Assembly (NCBI GenBank): GCA_910579725.1
Contig: CAJTUD010000005.1
Span: 18,269-82,268, forward strand
Direction of reading: 5' to 3'
Source of the DNA: an uncultured Oscillospiraceae bacterium
GTDB taxonomy: Bacteria > Bacillota > Clostridia > Oscillospirales > Oscillospiraceae
Length of the DNA: 64,000 bases
Shown: positions 10,757 through 20,225 of the stretch, piece by piece
Position numbering within the stretch: the first letter of the stretch is position 1
How the letters are laid out: every line of letters begins with the position of its first letter
Program-made: the position numbers and the translations under genes
Notes under the pieces: generated by a model
Databases searched by the model: none
Seen by the model: only the letters and a program-made list of their open reading frames with translations
Told to the model about the DNA's origin: nothing

Positions 10757-10973
10757 GCATTTTTTCAGCCGGTCCCTTTTTAACCTCAGTGTTATTGGAA
10801 AAAGCTGATTATTGATGCAGATTTGCACCTCTGAACTTTTGATATAATGAGCAGTTATCTATGGGGATAACTGCTCATTTTGCCATTTCGACGAAAGATT
10901 TTCAAAATAAGCATTTAGCAGCACCGAAGTTAAAAAGGGATTTCAGCCGGCCTGTCTGCGGCGGCGCATACCA

Positions 10974-11002
10974 TTGATTTCCCGCTCTGCCGGTGATAGA
11001 AT
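10974..11002 (+). promoter_or_regulatory. Sigma-A type (extended -10) promoter candidate for the alpha-galactosidase gene
   Basis: TTGATT - 17 nt (ending TG-A) - TAGAAT, about 30 nt upstream of the ATG at 11032. Confidence 0.4.
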
Positions 11003-11031
11003 GGAGCCGATATTGCGGAAGGAGGTTTCCC

Positions 11032-13353
11032 ATGATCCACATTGACAATCGCTTTTTCCTGCTGGAAACCCAGCGCACCGCCTACTGCTTCCAGGTGACG
11101 GAGCAGGGGTATTTGCAGCATCTGCATTACGGAGCGCGGCTGGACCTGTCCGGAGGGTGGGAGGCGCTGGTCCCACAGGTCCGGCATCTGCCGGGCAACG
11201 CCGCCGGATGGGACGGTGTGAGCCTGGAGGACATGGCACTGGAGATGTCTGCCCCCGGGCTGGGGGACTTGCGGGAGAGCATGACTGCGGTCCGTACCGC
11301 TGCCGGGGATACGCTGGCGGACTTTCGCTTTGTGTGCGGAGAGATTCTGCCGGAGAAACCGGAGCTGGAGGGGCTGCCATCGTCTTACGGCGGAGAGAGC
11401 CAGACCCTGCGGGTGACACTGCTGGAACAGGAAGGCGGCCTGCGTCTGGAATTGCTGTACACGGTCTTTGAGGACTGCGACGTGATCACCCGGTCTGCCC
11501 GGCTGGTAAATCTGGGGGAGGAGCCGGTGACGGTGCTGCGGCTGCTCAGCAATCAGGTGGACTTTTCTGAGCAGGACTACGTGTTTACCTCCTTTGGCGG
11601 CGCATGGGCCAGAGAGTTTTCGCCTGTGGACGTTCCCTGCGGCCCCGGAACCGTTTCCGGCGGCAGCCGGACGGGGTGCTCCTCCAACCGGGCCAATCCC
11701 TTTGTCATGCTGCGGAAAAGAGGAGCGGACGAGGTCCACGGGGACTGTTACGGCTTCCACCTGCTTTACAGCGGAGACCATTTCGAGTGTGCCGGAGGCA
11801 ACGCCTACGGGAAGCTGCGCTTCCTCCACGGCATACAGCCGGAGGGCTTTTCCTGGCTGCTGGAACCGGGGGAGAGCTTTACCGCTCCGGAGGCGGCCAT
11901 GACCTTTGGCAGGGGGCTGACGCAGATGAGTGAAAATCTCCACATCTTCATCCGGGAGCATGTGGTCCGCGGCTGGTGGAAGGGCCGGCCGCGGCCGGTG
12001 CTGGTAAACAGCTGGGAGAGCTTTTATTTCCGGTTTACCCAGAAGGACCTGCTCCGCCTGGCCCGGCAAGGTCAGGCATTGGGGGCGGAGCTGCTGGTGG
12101 TGGACGACGGCTGGTTCGGGAAGCGGGACCGGGACGACTGCTCTCTGGGGGACTGGGATATCGTGAACAAGAAGAAGCTCCCCGACGGTCTCGGCGGTCT
12201 GGCGGAGAAGGTGCGGGCGCTCGGTATGGACTTCGGACTGTGGGTGGAGCCGGAGATGGTCAGTGAAGATAGCTGTCTTTACAGAGACCACCCCAACTGG
12301 ATTCTTGGCCGTCCGGATCAGGCCATGGGCAGGAATCAGTACATTCTGGACCTGAGCCGGAGGGAGGTGCAGAATCACCTGATCTGGGTGCTTACAAAGG
12401 TCTTCAGAGAGGCGGAGCCCGCCTATGTGAAGTGGGACATGAACCGGATCATGACAGACGTTTACTCTGAAGCGCTGCCGCCGGAGCGGCAGGGGGAGGT
12501 CCGGCACCGGTACATCCTGGGGCTGTACCGGGTGCTGAAGGTTCTGACAGAGCGGTTTCCCCGGATTCTCTTTGAGAGCTGCGCCAGCGGCGGCAACCGG
12601 ACAGACCCGGGTATGCTGTGCTATATGCCTCAGGTATGGCTTTCGGATAATACCGACGCGCTGTGCCGCTGCCGGATTCAGCATGGGGCCAGCTTTGGGT
12701 ATCCGCAGTCCGTCATGGGCTCCCACGTCAGCGCCAGTCCCAATCATCAGACTCTGCGGACGGCTCCGCTGGACAGCCGGTTTCACGCGGCGGCTTTTGG
12801 GCTGCTGGGGTATGAGCTGGATCTGTGCAGCCTGTCGGAGAAGGAAAAAACCAGGGTGGCGGGGCAGATCGCCTTTTACAAGAAATACCGGGGCGTTCTG
12901 CAATTCGGACGGCTTTTCCGTCTCCGGGCGGGAGAGGAAGGGATGTGGCAGGTGATGGCGGTGTCAAAGGACGGCGAAACTGCGCTTACCATGCTGCTTC
13001 AACAGGAAAATCAGCCCAACGCCCCGGCGCTGCGGCTGCTGGCGAAAGGACTGACGGGAAAAAATGTGTACCGCCTCTCCGTCCGCCCGGCGGCGGTGGA
13101 GTTGGGGGACTTTGGGTCCCTGGTGAACATGATCTCTCCGGTACGCGTCCGGCCGGGTTCCCTGACGGAGAAAGCGGCGGCCAAGATGGTACGCCTGTCC
13201 GGAGAGGAGGAGAACGTCACAGCCTCCGGAGATCTGCTGGTAAAGCGGGGAGTCTGGCTCAAGCAGGGGTTCTCCGGTACCGGCTATGACGGACAGACCC
13301 GGGTCATGGGAGATTGCGGCAGCAGAATGTATATTCTGGAAGCTGTCAGATAG
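11032..13353 (+). CDS. Alpha-galactosidase, glycoside hydrolase family 36
   Basis: The catalytic-region motifs are VKWDMNR and ESCASGGNR, with a DDGWF segment upstream. I prefer the ATG at 11032 (GGAAGGAGG SD) over the GTG at 10993. Confidence 0.9.
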   Translation: MIHIDNRFFLLETQRTAYCFQVTEQGYLQHLHYGARLDLSGGWEALVPQVRHLPGNAAGWDGVSLEDMALEMSAPGLGDLRESMTAVRTAAGDTLADFRFVCGEILPEKPELEGLPSSYGGESQTLRVTLLEQEGGLRLELLYTVFEDCDVITRSARLVNLGEEPVTVLRLLSNQVDFSEQDYVFTSFGGAWAREFSPVDVPCGPGTVSGGSRTGCSSNRANPFVMLRKRGADEVHGDCYGFHLLYSGDHFECAGGNAYGKLRFLHGIQPEGFSWLLEPGESFTAPEAAMTFGRGLTQMSENLHIFIREHVVRGWWKGRPRPVLVNSWESFYFRFTQKDLLRLARQGQALGAELLVVDDGWFGKRDRDDCSLGDWDIVNKKKLPDGLGGLAEKVRALGMDFGLWVEPEMVSEDSCLYRDHPNWILGRPDQAMGRNQYILDLSRREVQNHLIWVLTKVFREAEPAYVKWDMNRIMTDVYSEALPPERQGEVRHRYILGLYRVLKVLTERFPRILFESCASGGNRTDPGMLCYMPQVWLSDNTDALCRCRIQHGASFGYPQSVMGSHVSASPNHQTLRTAPLDSRFHAAAFGLLGYELDLCSLSEKEKTRVAGQIAFYKKYRGVLQFGRLFRLRAGEEGMWQVMAVSKDGETALTMLLQQENQPNAPALRLLAKGLTGKNVYRLSVRPAAVELGDFGSLVNMISPVRVRPGSLTEKAAAKMVRLSGEEENVTASGDLLVKRGVWLKQGFSGTGYDGQTRVMGDCGSRMYILEAVR

Positions 13354-14086
13354 CTGCGTCCGCCTTTTTCGGGAGCGTCCTTGTCAGAAGAAGAGTATAG
13401 GCGGCGGTAATGGCAAGCATAATCAGGTTGCACATCACGCGTTTTTCCGCCGTCAGCCCCGTTTCCCTTGAAAAGATACTGAGCGTGTTGATAGCGGAGT
13501 GCGTGACGGCGCAGGGCAGCAGGCTTCCGCCGCGGTAGAACACCGTCACGAACAGGAATCCAATGGCGACGGCAATGCTGATCTGCCACAGATTTTCCGT
13601 CAGTTCCATGCCGCTTCCATTTACCAGATTCAGCAGGTGTCCCAAGCCGAAGGTGATGCTGGAAACCAGAACGGCCGATTTCACATTATCCTTTGCCATG
13701 GCTCTGAACAGGAAGCCTCTGAAGATCACTTCCTCCAGGAATCCGACGCAGAACATGCAAACGATGTGGCAGGCGGCGTCCGCCGGAGAAAAATTGACGG
13801 CGACTCCATTCCAGAGATTGCATGTGGCCAGAATCACCAGCGGAACATAGTAGAGAAACCGCCGGGCGGGGAACGGGGACCTGCATAGTCCGTACCGCTC
13901 CAGCAGCCGGTTTTTCCGAATAAAGCCAATGATGACCGCAGTTTGCAGGGCACAGAAGGCGGCGCTTGCGGCGTACTTGACGCCGATGCGATCATTAAGC
14001 GGGTTTGCCAGGGATTGCAGCACACAATAAATCACGATCCAGGTAATCGCAAAGGCCAGTTCGCTTTTCTCGTACAGTTTTTTCAT
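13346..14086 (-). CDS. CPBP family intramembrane glutamic endopeptidase (Abi/CAAX protease-like)
   Basis: Polytopic membrane protein with motif 1 EEVIFRGFLF, motif 2 FGLGH and a late H (AVTHSAIN). The start overlaps the stop of the TetR gene. Confidence 0.85.
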   Translation of the reverse strand: MKKLYEKSELAFAITWIVIYCVLQSLANPLNDRIGVKYAASAAFCALQTAVIIGFIRKNRLLERYGLCRSPFPARRFLYYVPLVILATCNLWNGVAVNFSPADAACHIVCMFCVGFLEEVIFRGFLFRAMAKDNVKSAVLVSSITFGLGHLLNLVNGSGMELTENLWQISIAVAIGFLFVTVFYRGGSLLPCAVTHSAINTLSIFSRETGLTAEKRVMCNLIMLAITAAYTLLLTRTLPKKADAAI

Positions 14087-14655
14087 GTCTCCTCCTCCAA
14101 CACGGCGGAAACCGCGCCTCGGTATGCCTGCTCCAGGTGGGCCGCCACCAGATTTTCTTCATATTTCAAGGAATTATTGGCGATGATGCTGGCGTACCCG
14201 TGGACAAACAGGGCGATGATCAAAAAGACCTTTTTGGTTTGCTTCAGGCTCATCCCCATGGCTTCCCGCATCGCGGAAAGCACCGGCGTAAGCTCCTCGG
14301 AGTCTATCATTTCCAGCACGCTGTTTTCCACGGCATAGCCCGACTGGAAGAGAAAACGGAACAGATGGGGCTCCTCCATGGCGAAGCGGATATAATTGAG
14401 TCCGATGCCCAGCATAACGTTTTCCCCCGGCTCCCGAAGGCGCATCAGGTACTCCGTGTGATACCAGCCCGATTTGGTGTAAACCGCTCTTTTCAGCTGT
14501 TCCATCGTCTTGAAGTGATACATGACAGGCTGGGTGGAGCAGCTGAGCTTCTGCGCGATGGTCCTCGCGTTGATGCTTTCCGCGCCTGCTTCACGGACGG
14601 TTTCAAATGCGGCTTCTATTACCATATTTTTTGTAATTCTGGCTTTCGGTGGCAT
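14083..14655 (-). CDS. TetR/AcrR family transcriptional regulator
   Basis: 190 aa with an N-terminal HTH (INARTIAQKLSCSTQPVMYHFKT) and a helical ligand domain. Confidence 0.9.
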   Translation of the reverse strand: MPPKARITKNMVIEAAFETVREAGAESINARTIAQKLSCSTQPVMYHFKTMEQLKRAVYTKSGWYHTEYLMRLREPGENVMLGIGLNYIRFAMEEPHLFRFLFQSGYAVENSVLEMIDSEELTPVLSAMREAMGMSLKQTKKVFLIIALFVHGYASIIANNSLKYEENLVAAHLEQAYRGAVSAVLEEET

Positions 14656-14697
14656 GACTTGCTCCTTTTAATGTGTTGTCATTGTTACATAACGTAA

Positions 14698-14726
14698 ATT
14701 ATACTATATTCTGCGGCTTTTGTCAA
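14698..14726 (-). promoter_or_regulatory. Consensus sigma-A promoter of the tetR-CPBP operon
   Basis: On the minus strand: TTGACA - 17 nt - TATAAT, a perfect consensus, about 45 nt upstream of the TetR ATG. Confidence 0.6.
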
Positions 14727-14734
14727 GACAGAGA

Positions 14735-14765
14735 GAACTCGTGCGGCAGTTTACCGCACGAGTTC
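14735..14765 (-). terminator. Terminator hairpin after abrB
   Basis: A 12-bp perfect stem gaactcgtgcgg / ccgcacgagttc with a 7-nt loop. The minus-strand trailer is TCTCTGTCTT. Confidence 0.45.
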
Positions 14766-14807
14766 CCGGCGTGTCAAAAAGTGGCGCAGTCAATTTTTAA
14801 GCTGCAG

Positions 14808-15059
14808 TTATTCCTCCGGCGCTTCCCGCAGCTGGCGCAGGCACCGGGCGCAGATATTCTTGCCCTTGAAGGTGGACACGTTTCGTCCGCTGTCGCAGAA
14901 AATGCAGGCGGGGTTGTACTTTTTCAGAACGATGGTGCTTCCGTCCACAAAGATTTCCAGCGTTTCCCGCTCCTTCATTCCCATGGTGCGCCGCAGCTCC
15001 GCTGGCAGCACAATCCGTCCCAATTCGTCGATGCGCCTGACAATGCCTGTTGATTTCAT
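14808..15059 (-). CDS. abrB: AbrB/SpoVT-type transition-state regulator
   Basis: N-terminal swapped-hairpin domain MKSTGIVRRIDELGRIVLPAELRRTMG. I prefer the ATG at 15059 (AGGAGG SD) over 15089. Confidence 0.85.
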   Translation of the reverse strand: MKSTGIVRRIDELGRIVLPAELRRTMGMKERETLEIFVDGSTIVLKKYNPACIFCDSGRNVSTFKGKNICARCLRQLREAPEE

Positions 15060-15115
15060 GGGTGGTTCCTCCTGATCTGAGTCAGTCAATCTCTTGTTCC
15101 GGTCTGTTCTCCCGG

Positions 15116-15298
15116 CTACAGGTTGTCCCCGTCGATCATGATCTCCTCGTGCCTCGCCTCGAAGTCCTTCACATACTGTTCCAAGGCGTATTCCATCTCC
15201 TTGTTGGCCGAGCGCTTGTTCCGGACGGCAATGACTTTGATTTTTGCCAGAAGCTCCTCCGATATGCGCAGGGAAAAGGGTGTATAATAATTGGCCAT
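15116..15298 (-). CDS. Arc/MetJ-type ribbon-helix-helix DNA-binding protein
   Basis: 60 aa with an N-terminal beta-strand plus two helices (TPFSLRISEELLAKIKVIAVRNKRSANKEMEYAL). No toxin partner is visible nearby. Confidence 0.55.
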   Translation of the reverse strand: MANYYTPFSLRISEELLAKIKVIAVRNKRSANKEMEYALEQYVKDFEARHEEIMIDGDNL

Positions 15299-15432
15299 GG
15301 CAACCTCACATTATTTTGATATCAGAATTATATAAGCGGCGCTGCTTATTTACGAATGCAAAATAATATCATTGATGTCTATTGCGGCAAAAACACTTCA
15401 AAGTATTCTGCGGCAAGGGTCTTCATCCCAAC

Positions 15433-15470
15433 AAAAATCCCCGCCCTCGGGAAGAGGGCGGGAATTTTTG
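15433..15470. terminator. Bidirectional terminator hairpin downstream of the ferredoxin gene
   Basis: AAAAA-tcc-cccgccct-cgggaag-agggcggg-AATTTTTG, with an A-run before and a T-run after the stem. Confidence 0.6.
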
Positions 15471-15480
15471 TTAATGTACT

Positions 15481-15651
15481 TTACTCAGCCTCAATGGCCT
15501 CGGTGGGGCAGTTGGCAGCGCAGGCGCCGCAATCCACGCACACGTCGGGATCAATGACGTACTGAGTATCGCCCTGGGAAATCGCGTCAACGGGGCAGTT
15601 CTCAGCGCAGCTGCCGCAGCTGACGCAGGCGTCGGTGATTCTGTGAGCCAT
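15481..15651 (-). CDS. Clostridial-type 2[4Fe-4S] ferredoxin (56 aa; below ORF-track cutoff)
   Basis: Hand translation gives MAHRITDACVSCGSCAENCPVDAISQGDTQYVIDPDVCVDCGACAANCPTEAIEAE. It has two CxxCxxCxxxCP motifs and a GGAGG SD upstream. Confidence 0.9.
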   Translation of the reverse strand: MAHRITDACVSCGSCAENCPVDAISQGDTQYVIDPDVCVDCGACAANCPTEAIEAE

Positions 15652-15796
15652 GAATGATTACCTCCTTAAAATGGGTATGTATATTGTATCATGAACTTTG
15701 AAAAAAGCAAGGGTAAATTCATCCGCCGGGGGAGAAATGTGTAAAAGCCGCCGGCGGGGGCATACTGAACGGGAAGAATTTTTCATCACATGAAGG

Positions 15797-18265
15797 ATGG
15801 GAAGCATCATGTACGACAATCGATTCACCCCCAGAGCGCAGAACGCCCTCCGTCTGGCCCAGGCCTCCGCGGAGGAGCTGGGCCACAGCTATGTGGGCAG
15901 CGAGCACCTGCTGCTGGGCCTTCTGCGGGAGGAGGCCGGAGCCGCTCACCGGTGTCTGGCGGAACAGTCCGTCACGGGAGAGAAAGCCCGCGCGGCCATT
16001 GTGGAGATCGTGGGCACAGGGCTGGCGGGGCTGGCTCCGCCCCAGGGACTGACTCCCCGGGCCAAGCGGGTGATCGAAAACGCTGTGGGGGAATCCAACC
16101 GTCTGGGCGGCGGGTACGTAGGCACCGAGCATCTGCTGCTTGGCATTCTGAAGGAGAACGGCACCATGGCCATGCGGGTGCTCTCCACTCTGGGGGCGGA
16201 CCCACGGAAGCTCCAGGCGGCGCTGGGACAGCGTATGAGTGTGGTCCAGCGGCTGCCCCGGGAGGCTCCTACCCGTATCGCCGCTCCGCGCCGGGAGGAG
16301 GTTCCCCGTTCCAAGGTCCTCGAACAGTTCACCCGCAGTCTCAATGCCCTGGCCCGGGAGGGAAAGCTGGATCCGGTGGTGGGACGGGACAAGGAGATTG
16401 CCCGGTGCGTGCGGATTCTCTCCCGCCGGACCAAGAACAACCCGGTGCTGGTGGGGGAGCCCGGCGTGGGCAAGACCGCCGTGGCGGAGGGACTGGCCCA
16501 GCGGATTGCCGGAGGCGACGTACCGGAGGAGCTGCTGGGCAAGACCATACTGTCCATCGACTTGGCTGCCATGCTGGCGGGTACCAAGTACCGGGGCGAA
16601 TTTGAGGAGCGGGTGAAAAACGCCCTTGCGGAGATCCGGCGGATGGGCAACGTGATCCTTTTCATTGACGAGCTCCATACCATCGTGGGCGCCGGAAGCG
16701 CCGAGGGGGCGGTGGACGCCGCCAACATCATCAAGCCCGCCCTGGGCCGGGGGGAAATCCGGGTCATCGGGGCCACGACCCTGGAGGAGTACCGGCGGTA
16801 TATCGAGAAGGACGCGGCCCTGGAGCGGCGGTTCCAGCCGGTGGCTGTGGAGGAGCCGGCCCCGGCGGCGGCGGTGGAAATTCTGCTGGGGCTGCGGGAC
16901 AAATATGAGGCCCACCACCGGCTGTCCGTCAGCGACGAAGCAGTGACGGCGGCGGTGGAGCTCAGCCGCCGGTATCTTCCGGACCGCTTCCTTCCGGACA
17001 AGGCCATTGATCTGATGGACGAGGCCTGCGCCCGGGTGCGGATGGAGTGTGAGACCCGTTCCCCGGATCTGAAGGCGCTGGAGGAGCGGCTGGCCGCGGC
17101 CCGCCGGGAAAAGGAGGAGGCCATCGCCGGGCAGGATTTTGAGGCGGCCGCCCGCCTTCGGGATGTGGAGGAGGACTTCGATGAACAGCTCCAGGCCGCC
17201 CGGAAATGCTGGAATGACCACCGCACCGACGAGCTGGTGGCCGTGACGGAGGAGGACGTGGCCGCGGTGGCGGCGGAGTGGACAGGTATCCCGGTCCAGC
17301 GGCTGACCCAGGACGAGGGGGAACAGCTGCTGGGGCTGGAGGAGACGCTGAAGCAGCGGCTGGTGGGCCAGGACGAAGCGCTGACCGCCGTGGCCCGGGC
17401 TATCCGGCGGGGTCGGGTGGGGCTCAAGGAGCCGGGCCGCCCCACAGGGAGCTTCCTGCTGCTGGGGCCCAGCGGCGTGGGAAAGACGGAGCTGTGCCGC
17501 GCTCTGGCCTCGGCTATGTTCGGCCAGGAGGAGGCGCTTATCCGCATTGACATGTCGGAATACGGTCAGGCCCACGCCGCCAGCCGGCTGGTAGGCTCGC
17601 CGCCGGGGTATGTGGGCCACGAGGAAGGCGGACAGCTGACGGAGAAAATCCGCAGAAGACCCTATGCGGTAGTGCTGTTTGATGAGATTGAGAAGGCTCA
17701 TCCGGAGGTTTGGAATCTGCTCCTTCAGATTCTGGAGGACGGCTGTCTCACAGACAGCCACGGGCGAAAGGCGGACTTCCGCAACGCGGTGGTGGTGATG
17801 ACCAGCAACGTGGGGGCCCGGCAGATTACCAGCGGGCAGCCTTTGGGGTTTGCCGGAGGAGAGGAGGTGGACGGGACCCGGCAGGCCCGGGTCCGCCGGG
17901 CGGTCACGGACGAGCTGAAGCGAACCTTCCGGCCGGAGTTTCTCAACCGGATTGACGATACGATTGTGTTCCGTCAGTTGGACGGACAGGATCTGCGGGA
18001 GATTGCCCGGCGGATGCTGGCGGAGTGCGGGAAGCGGATGGAGGCAGTGGGACTCCGCCTCCGGGCGGAGGAAGCGGCTGTTGACAAGCTGGCGGAGATG
18101 TGTTATGACCCTGTCAACGGAGCCAGGCCCCTGCGCAGATCCCTTCGGCGGGAAGTGGAGGACGTGGTGGCGGAGGGAGTGCTTTCCGGCCGCTTTCACA
18201 GCGGCCAGGAGGTGGTTTTGATTGTTCACAAAAATGAGCTTGCTATTGTGGGGGGAATGGAGTAA
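15797..18265 (+). CDS. clpC: ATP-dependent Clp protease ATP-binding subunit ClpC
   Basis: 822 aa with a duplicated Clp N repeat, two AAA+ modules (GEPGVGKT and GPSGVGKT), a UVR-like linker (FEAAARLRD) and a ClpB D2-small domain. The start could be 15809. Confidence 0.95.
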   Translation: MGSIMYDNRFTPRAQNALRLAQASAEELGHSYVGSEHLLLGLLREEAGAAHRCLAEQSVTGEKARAAIVEIVGTGLAGLAPPQGLTPRAKRVIENAVGESNRLGGGYVGTEHLLLGILKENGTMAMRVLSTLGADPRKLQAALGQRMSVVQRLPREAPTRIAAPRREEVPRSKVLEQFTRSLNALAREGKLDPVVGRDKEIARCVRILSRRTKNNPVLVGEPGVGKTAVAEGLAQRIAGGDVPEELLGKTILSIDLAAMLAGTKYRGEFEERVKNALAEIRRMGNVILFIDELHTIVGAGSAEGAVDAANIIKPALGRGEIRVIGATTLEEYRRYIEKDAALERRFQPVAVEEPAPAAAVEILLGLRDKYEAHHRLSVSDEAVTAAVELSRRYLPDRFLPDKAIDLMDEACARVRMECETRSPDLKALEERLAAARREKEEAIAGQDFEAAARLRDVEEDFDEQLQAARKCWNDHRTDELVAVTEEDVAAVAAEWTGIPVQRLTQDEGEQLLGLEETLKQRLVGQDEALTAVARAIRRGRVGLKEPGRPTGSFLLLGPSGVGKTELCRALASAMFGQEEALIRIDMSEYGQAHAASRLVGSPPGYVGHEEGGQLTEKIRRRPYAVVLFDEIEKAHPEVWNLLLQILEDGCLTDSHGRKADFRNAVVVMTSNVGARQITSGQPLGFAGGEEVDGTRQARVRRAVTDELKRTFRPEFLNRIDDTIVFRQLDGQDLREIARRMLAECGKRMEAVGLRLRAEEAAVDKLAEMCYDPVNGARPLRRSLRREVEDVVAEGVLSGRFHSGQEVVLIVHKNELAIVGGME

Positions 18266-18407
18266 AATAGAAATAATTCCTCTTTTTTCACTGCCGCTCT
18301 CCTAAAAGAGATATTTCTCCCACAAGGGGAGAACGCCTGCCGCGGCGGCAGCTGTCAGAAGAGAAGCGGAGGCGGCCCGCAGGGCTGCCGCAAAGAAAGG
18401 AGCAAAA

Positions 18408-20132
18408 ATGGGATTTTCCGGTACCGACGCCGGCGGCTTCCGGTGGGAAGGCTTCAACAGCGGCGCACCTTCCCAGCAGCATCCGCCAAAACCAAAGAAG
18501 CCAAGAAAGGCAGTAAAAAGCCCTGCCGCCCGGGTGGCAATCAACCTCATTGTCACCCTCCTGGCGGGACTGCTCTACTTCTACTTTGAACTCCCCGCCA
18601 TCAATCTCCAGTCTCCGGATTTTTACGCCTTTGCCCTGCTGCTGTGCGCCGTGTACTGTATCTGCGCCGCGCTGACTTCCGGCTTTCAGGGACAGGAGGC
18701 GGGGCACTACTTCAGCTTCCTGAAAAAACAGTGCAGAATTCCGGTTATTCTGGCTGTTGCATTGCTGGTGCTGGCTCTGGTGGGGACACTGGCGGGCAGC
18801 GTTATTTTCCGGGCCAAGTCCTACTCGGAGCTGCTGCCCATTGCGGTGGGCGACTTCGCCGCCGAGGTGGACGAAATTTCCTACGACCAGATTCCCATGC
18901 TGGATAAAAAGTCCGCCGAACGCCTGGGCGACAGGAAGCTGGGAGAGCTCAGCGATATGGTCTCCCAGTTTGAGGTGGTGGACGATTATACCCAGATCAA
19001 CTACAAGGGCCGCCCTGTGCGCATCGCCACTCTGATGTACGCCGATCTGATCAAGTGGTTCACCAACCGGGGAGACGGACTGCCCGCCTACCTGCTCATT
19101 GACATGGTGACGCAGAACGTGGAGCTGGTGCGGCTGGAGGAGGGCATCAAGTACACCAATGTGGAGCATTTCGGCCGGAATCTGTACCGCCATCTGCGTT
19201 TCCATTACCCCACCTACATGTTCTCCCGGCCGGTGATGGAGGTCAACGAGGAGGGAACCCCCTACTGGATTTGTCCCCGGCTGGTGAAGACCATAGGCCT
19301 GTTCGGTGGGACGGACGTGAAGGGAGCGGTGCTGGTCAACGCCATCACCGGAGAGTGCGAGTATTACGAGGAGGTTCCTCCCTGGGTGGATAACCTCTAT
19401 CCCGCCGGGCTTATCGTGCAGCAGTACGACTACTACGGCATGTATCACAACGGATTCTTCAACTCCATTTTCGGCCAGCGGGATGTGACCGTCACCACCG
19501 ACGACTATAACTATATCGCCATGGGCGACGATGTGTGGGTCTACACCGGCGTCACCTCCACCGGCGGGGACCAGTCCAACATCGGCTTCATCCTCACCAA
19601 CCAGCGCACCAAGGAGAGCCATTTTTACTCCTGTGCCGGCGCGACGGAACACTCCGCCATGGCCTCCGCCAACGGCGAGCTGCAAAATCTGCGCTATCAG
19701 GCGACCTTCCCTCTGCTGCTGAACGTGGGAGGCCAGCCCACCTATTTCATGGCCATGAAGGACAACGCCGAGCTGGTGAAGAAGTACGCCATGGTCAACG
19801 TCCAGCAGTATCAGATTGTGGCCACCGGCGACACCGTGGCCCAGTGCGAGCAGAACTATCTGTCCATGCTCAGCCGCAACGGCGTGGTGGACGGCTCCGC
19901 CGGACTGAGCGGTACGGAGACGGCGGAGGGCGTTATCGCTGAGATCCGCTCCGCCGTGTTGGACGGGAATACGGTCTATTTCATCAGACTTACCGGAGAC
20001 GATATGTTCTACTCCGTCAGCGCCGTGGATCAGCCTCTGGCAGTGATCCTCAATGCGGGAGATCGGGTGACTGTCACCTATCATCCCGGACAGGGGAGTA
20101 TTCTGGAGGGTGTGGACGTCGCGCTGGGGTAA
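18408..20132 (+). CDS. Hypothetical membrane-anchored protein with large extracytoplasmic domain
   Basis: 574 aa with a basic Pro/Lys N-tail, three hydrophobic helices in the first ~130 aa, then a ~440-aa soluble region. Codon usage is good but no family is recognised. Confidence 0.6.
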   Translation: MGFSGTDAGGFRWEGFNSGAPSQQHPPKPKKPRKAVKSPAARVAINLIVTLLAGLLYFYFELPAINLQSPDFYAFALLLCAVYCICAALTSGFQGQEAGHYFSFLKKQCRIPVILAVALLVLALVGTLAGSVIFRAKSYSELLPIAVGDFAAEVDEISYDQIPMLDKKSAERLGDRKLGELSDMVSQFEVVDDYTQINYKGRPVRIATLMYADLIKWFTNRGDGLPAYLLIDMVTQNVELVRLEEGIKYTNVEHFGRNLYRHLRFHYPTYMFSRPVMEVNEEGTPYWICPRLVKTIGLFGGTDVKGAVLVNAITGECEYYEEVPPWVDNLYPAGLIVQQYDYYGMYHNGFFNSIFGQRDVTVTTDDYNYIAMGDDVWVYTGVTSTGGDQSNIGFILTNQRTKESHFYSCAGATEHSAMASANGELQNLRYQATFPLLLNVGGQPTYFMAMKDNAELVKKYAMVNVQQYQIVATGDTVAQCEQNYLSMLSRNGVVDGSAGLSGTETAEGVIAEIRSAVLDGNTVYFIRLTGDDMFYSVSAVDQPLAVILNAGDRVTVTYHPGQGSILEGVDVALG

Positions 20133-20146
20133 AATTGAACAGAAAG

Positions 20147-20182
20147 GCCCCCGCCGCGGCATAGCCATACCGCGGCGGGGGC
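20147..20182. terminator. Hairpin between convergent genes
   Basis: A 13-bp GC stem gcccccgccgcgg / ccgcggcgggggc, followed by ATATTTTC. Confidence 0.5.
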
Positions 20183-20225
20183 ATATTTTCTATATGCGGC
20201 AGGAACGAAGGCACAGTACAGGTTC

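Noticed and set aside
11006-11013. Exact sigma-28 -10 hexamer-plus (GCCGATAT) just upstream of the alpha-galactosidase start.
   Set aside because: There is no TAAA-type -35 at 15-16 nt (or TAAAGTTT at N11). It lies between a better sigma-A-type promoter and the SD, and the downstream gene has no link to motility. It is probably chance.
13346-15651. TetR + CPBP protease, AbrB, RHH protein and ferredoxin considered as a possible toxin-antitoxin, bacteriocin-immunity or defence cluster.
   Set aside because: No toxin, nuclease, bacteriocin precursor or ABC exporter is present. Each gene has its own promoter or terminator, and all are common stand-alone genes in Clostridia. There is nothing beyond ordinary accessory content.
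15652-15796. Looked for a CtsR operator (tandem GGTCAAA heptads) upstream of clpC, and for ctsR/mcsA/mcsB genes.
   Set aside because: No GGTCAAA-type repeat is present, and the upstream gene is a ferredoxin on the other strand. No claim about CtsR control can be made.
15719-18229. 836-aa ORF antisense to clpC. Similar very long antisense ORFs occur at 10930-12903, 18288-20168, 22150-23991, 48714-50405, 50687-52408 and 53687-56563, the last spanning four plus-strand genes.
   Set aside because: Their translations are Arg/Gly/Pro/His/Leu/Gln-rich low-complexity strings with no motifs. They lie exactly opposite genes with unambiguous family signatures. Long stop-free antisense frames are expected in GC3-rich coding DNA. 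None has a convincing SD.
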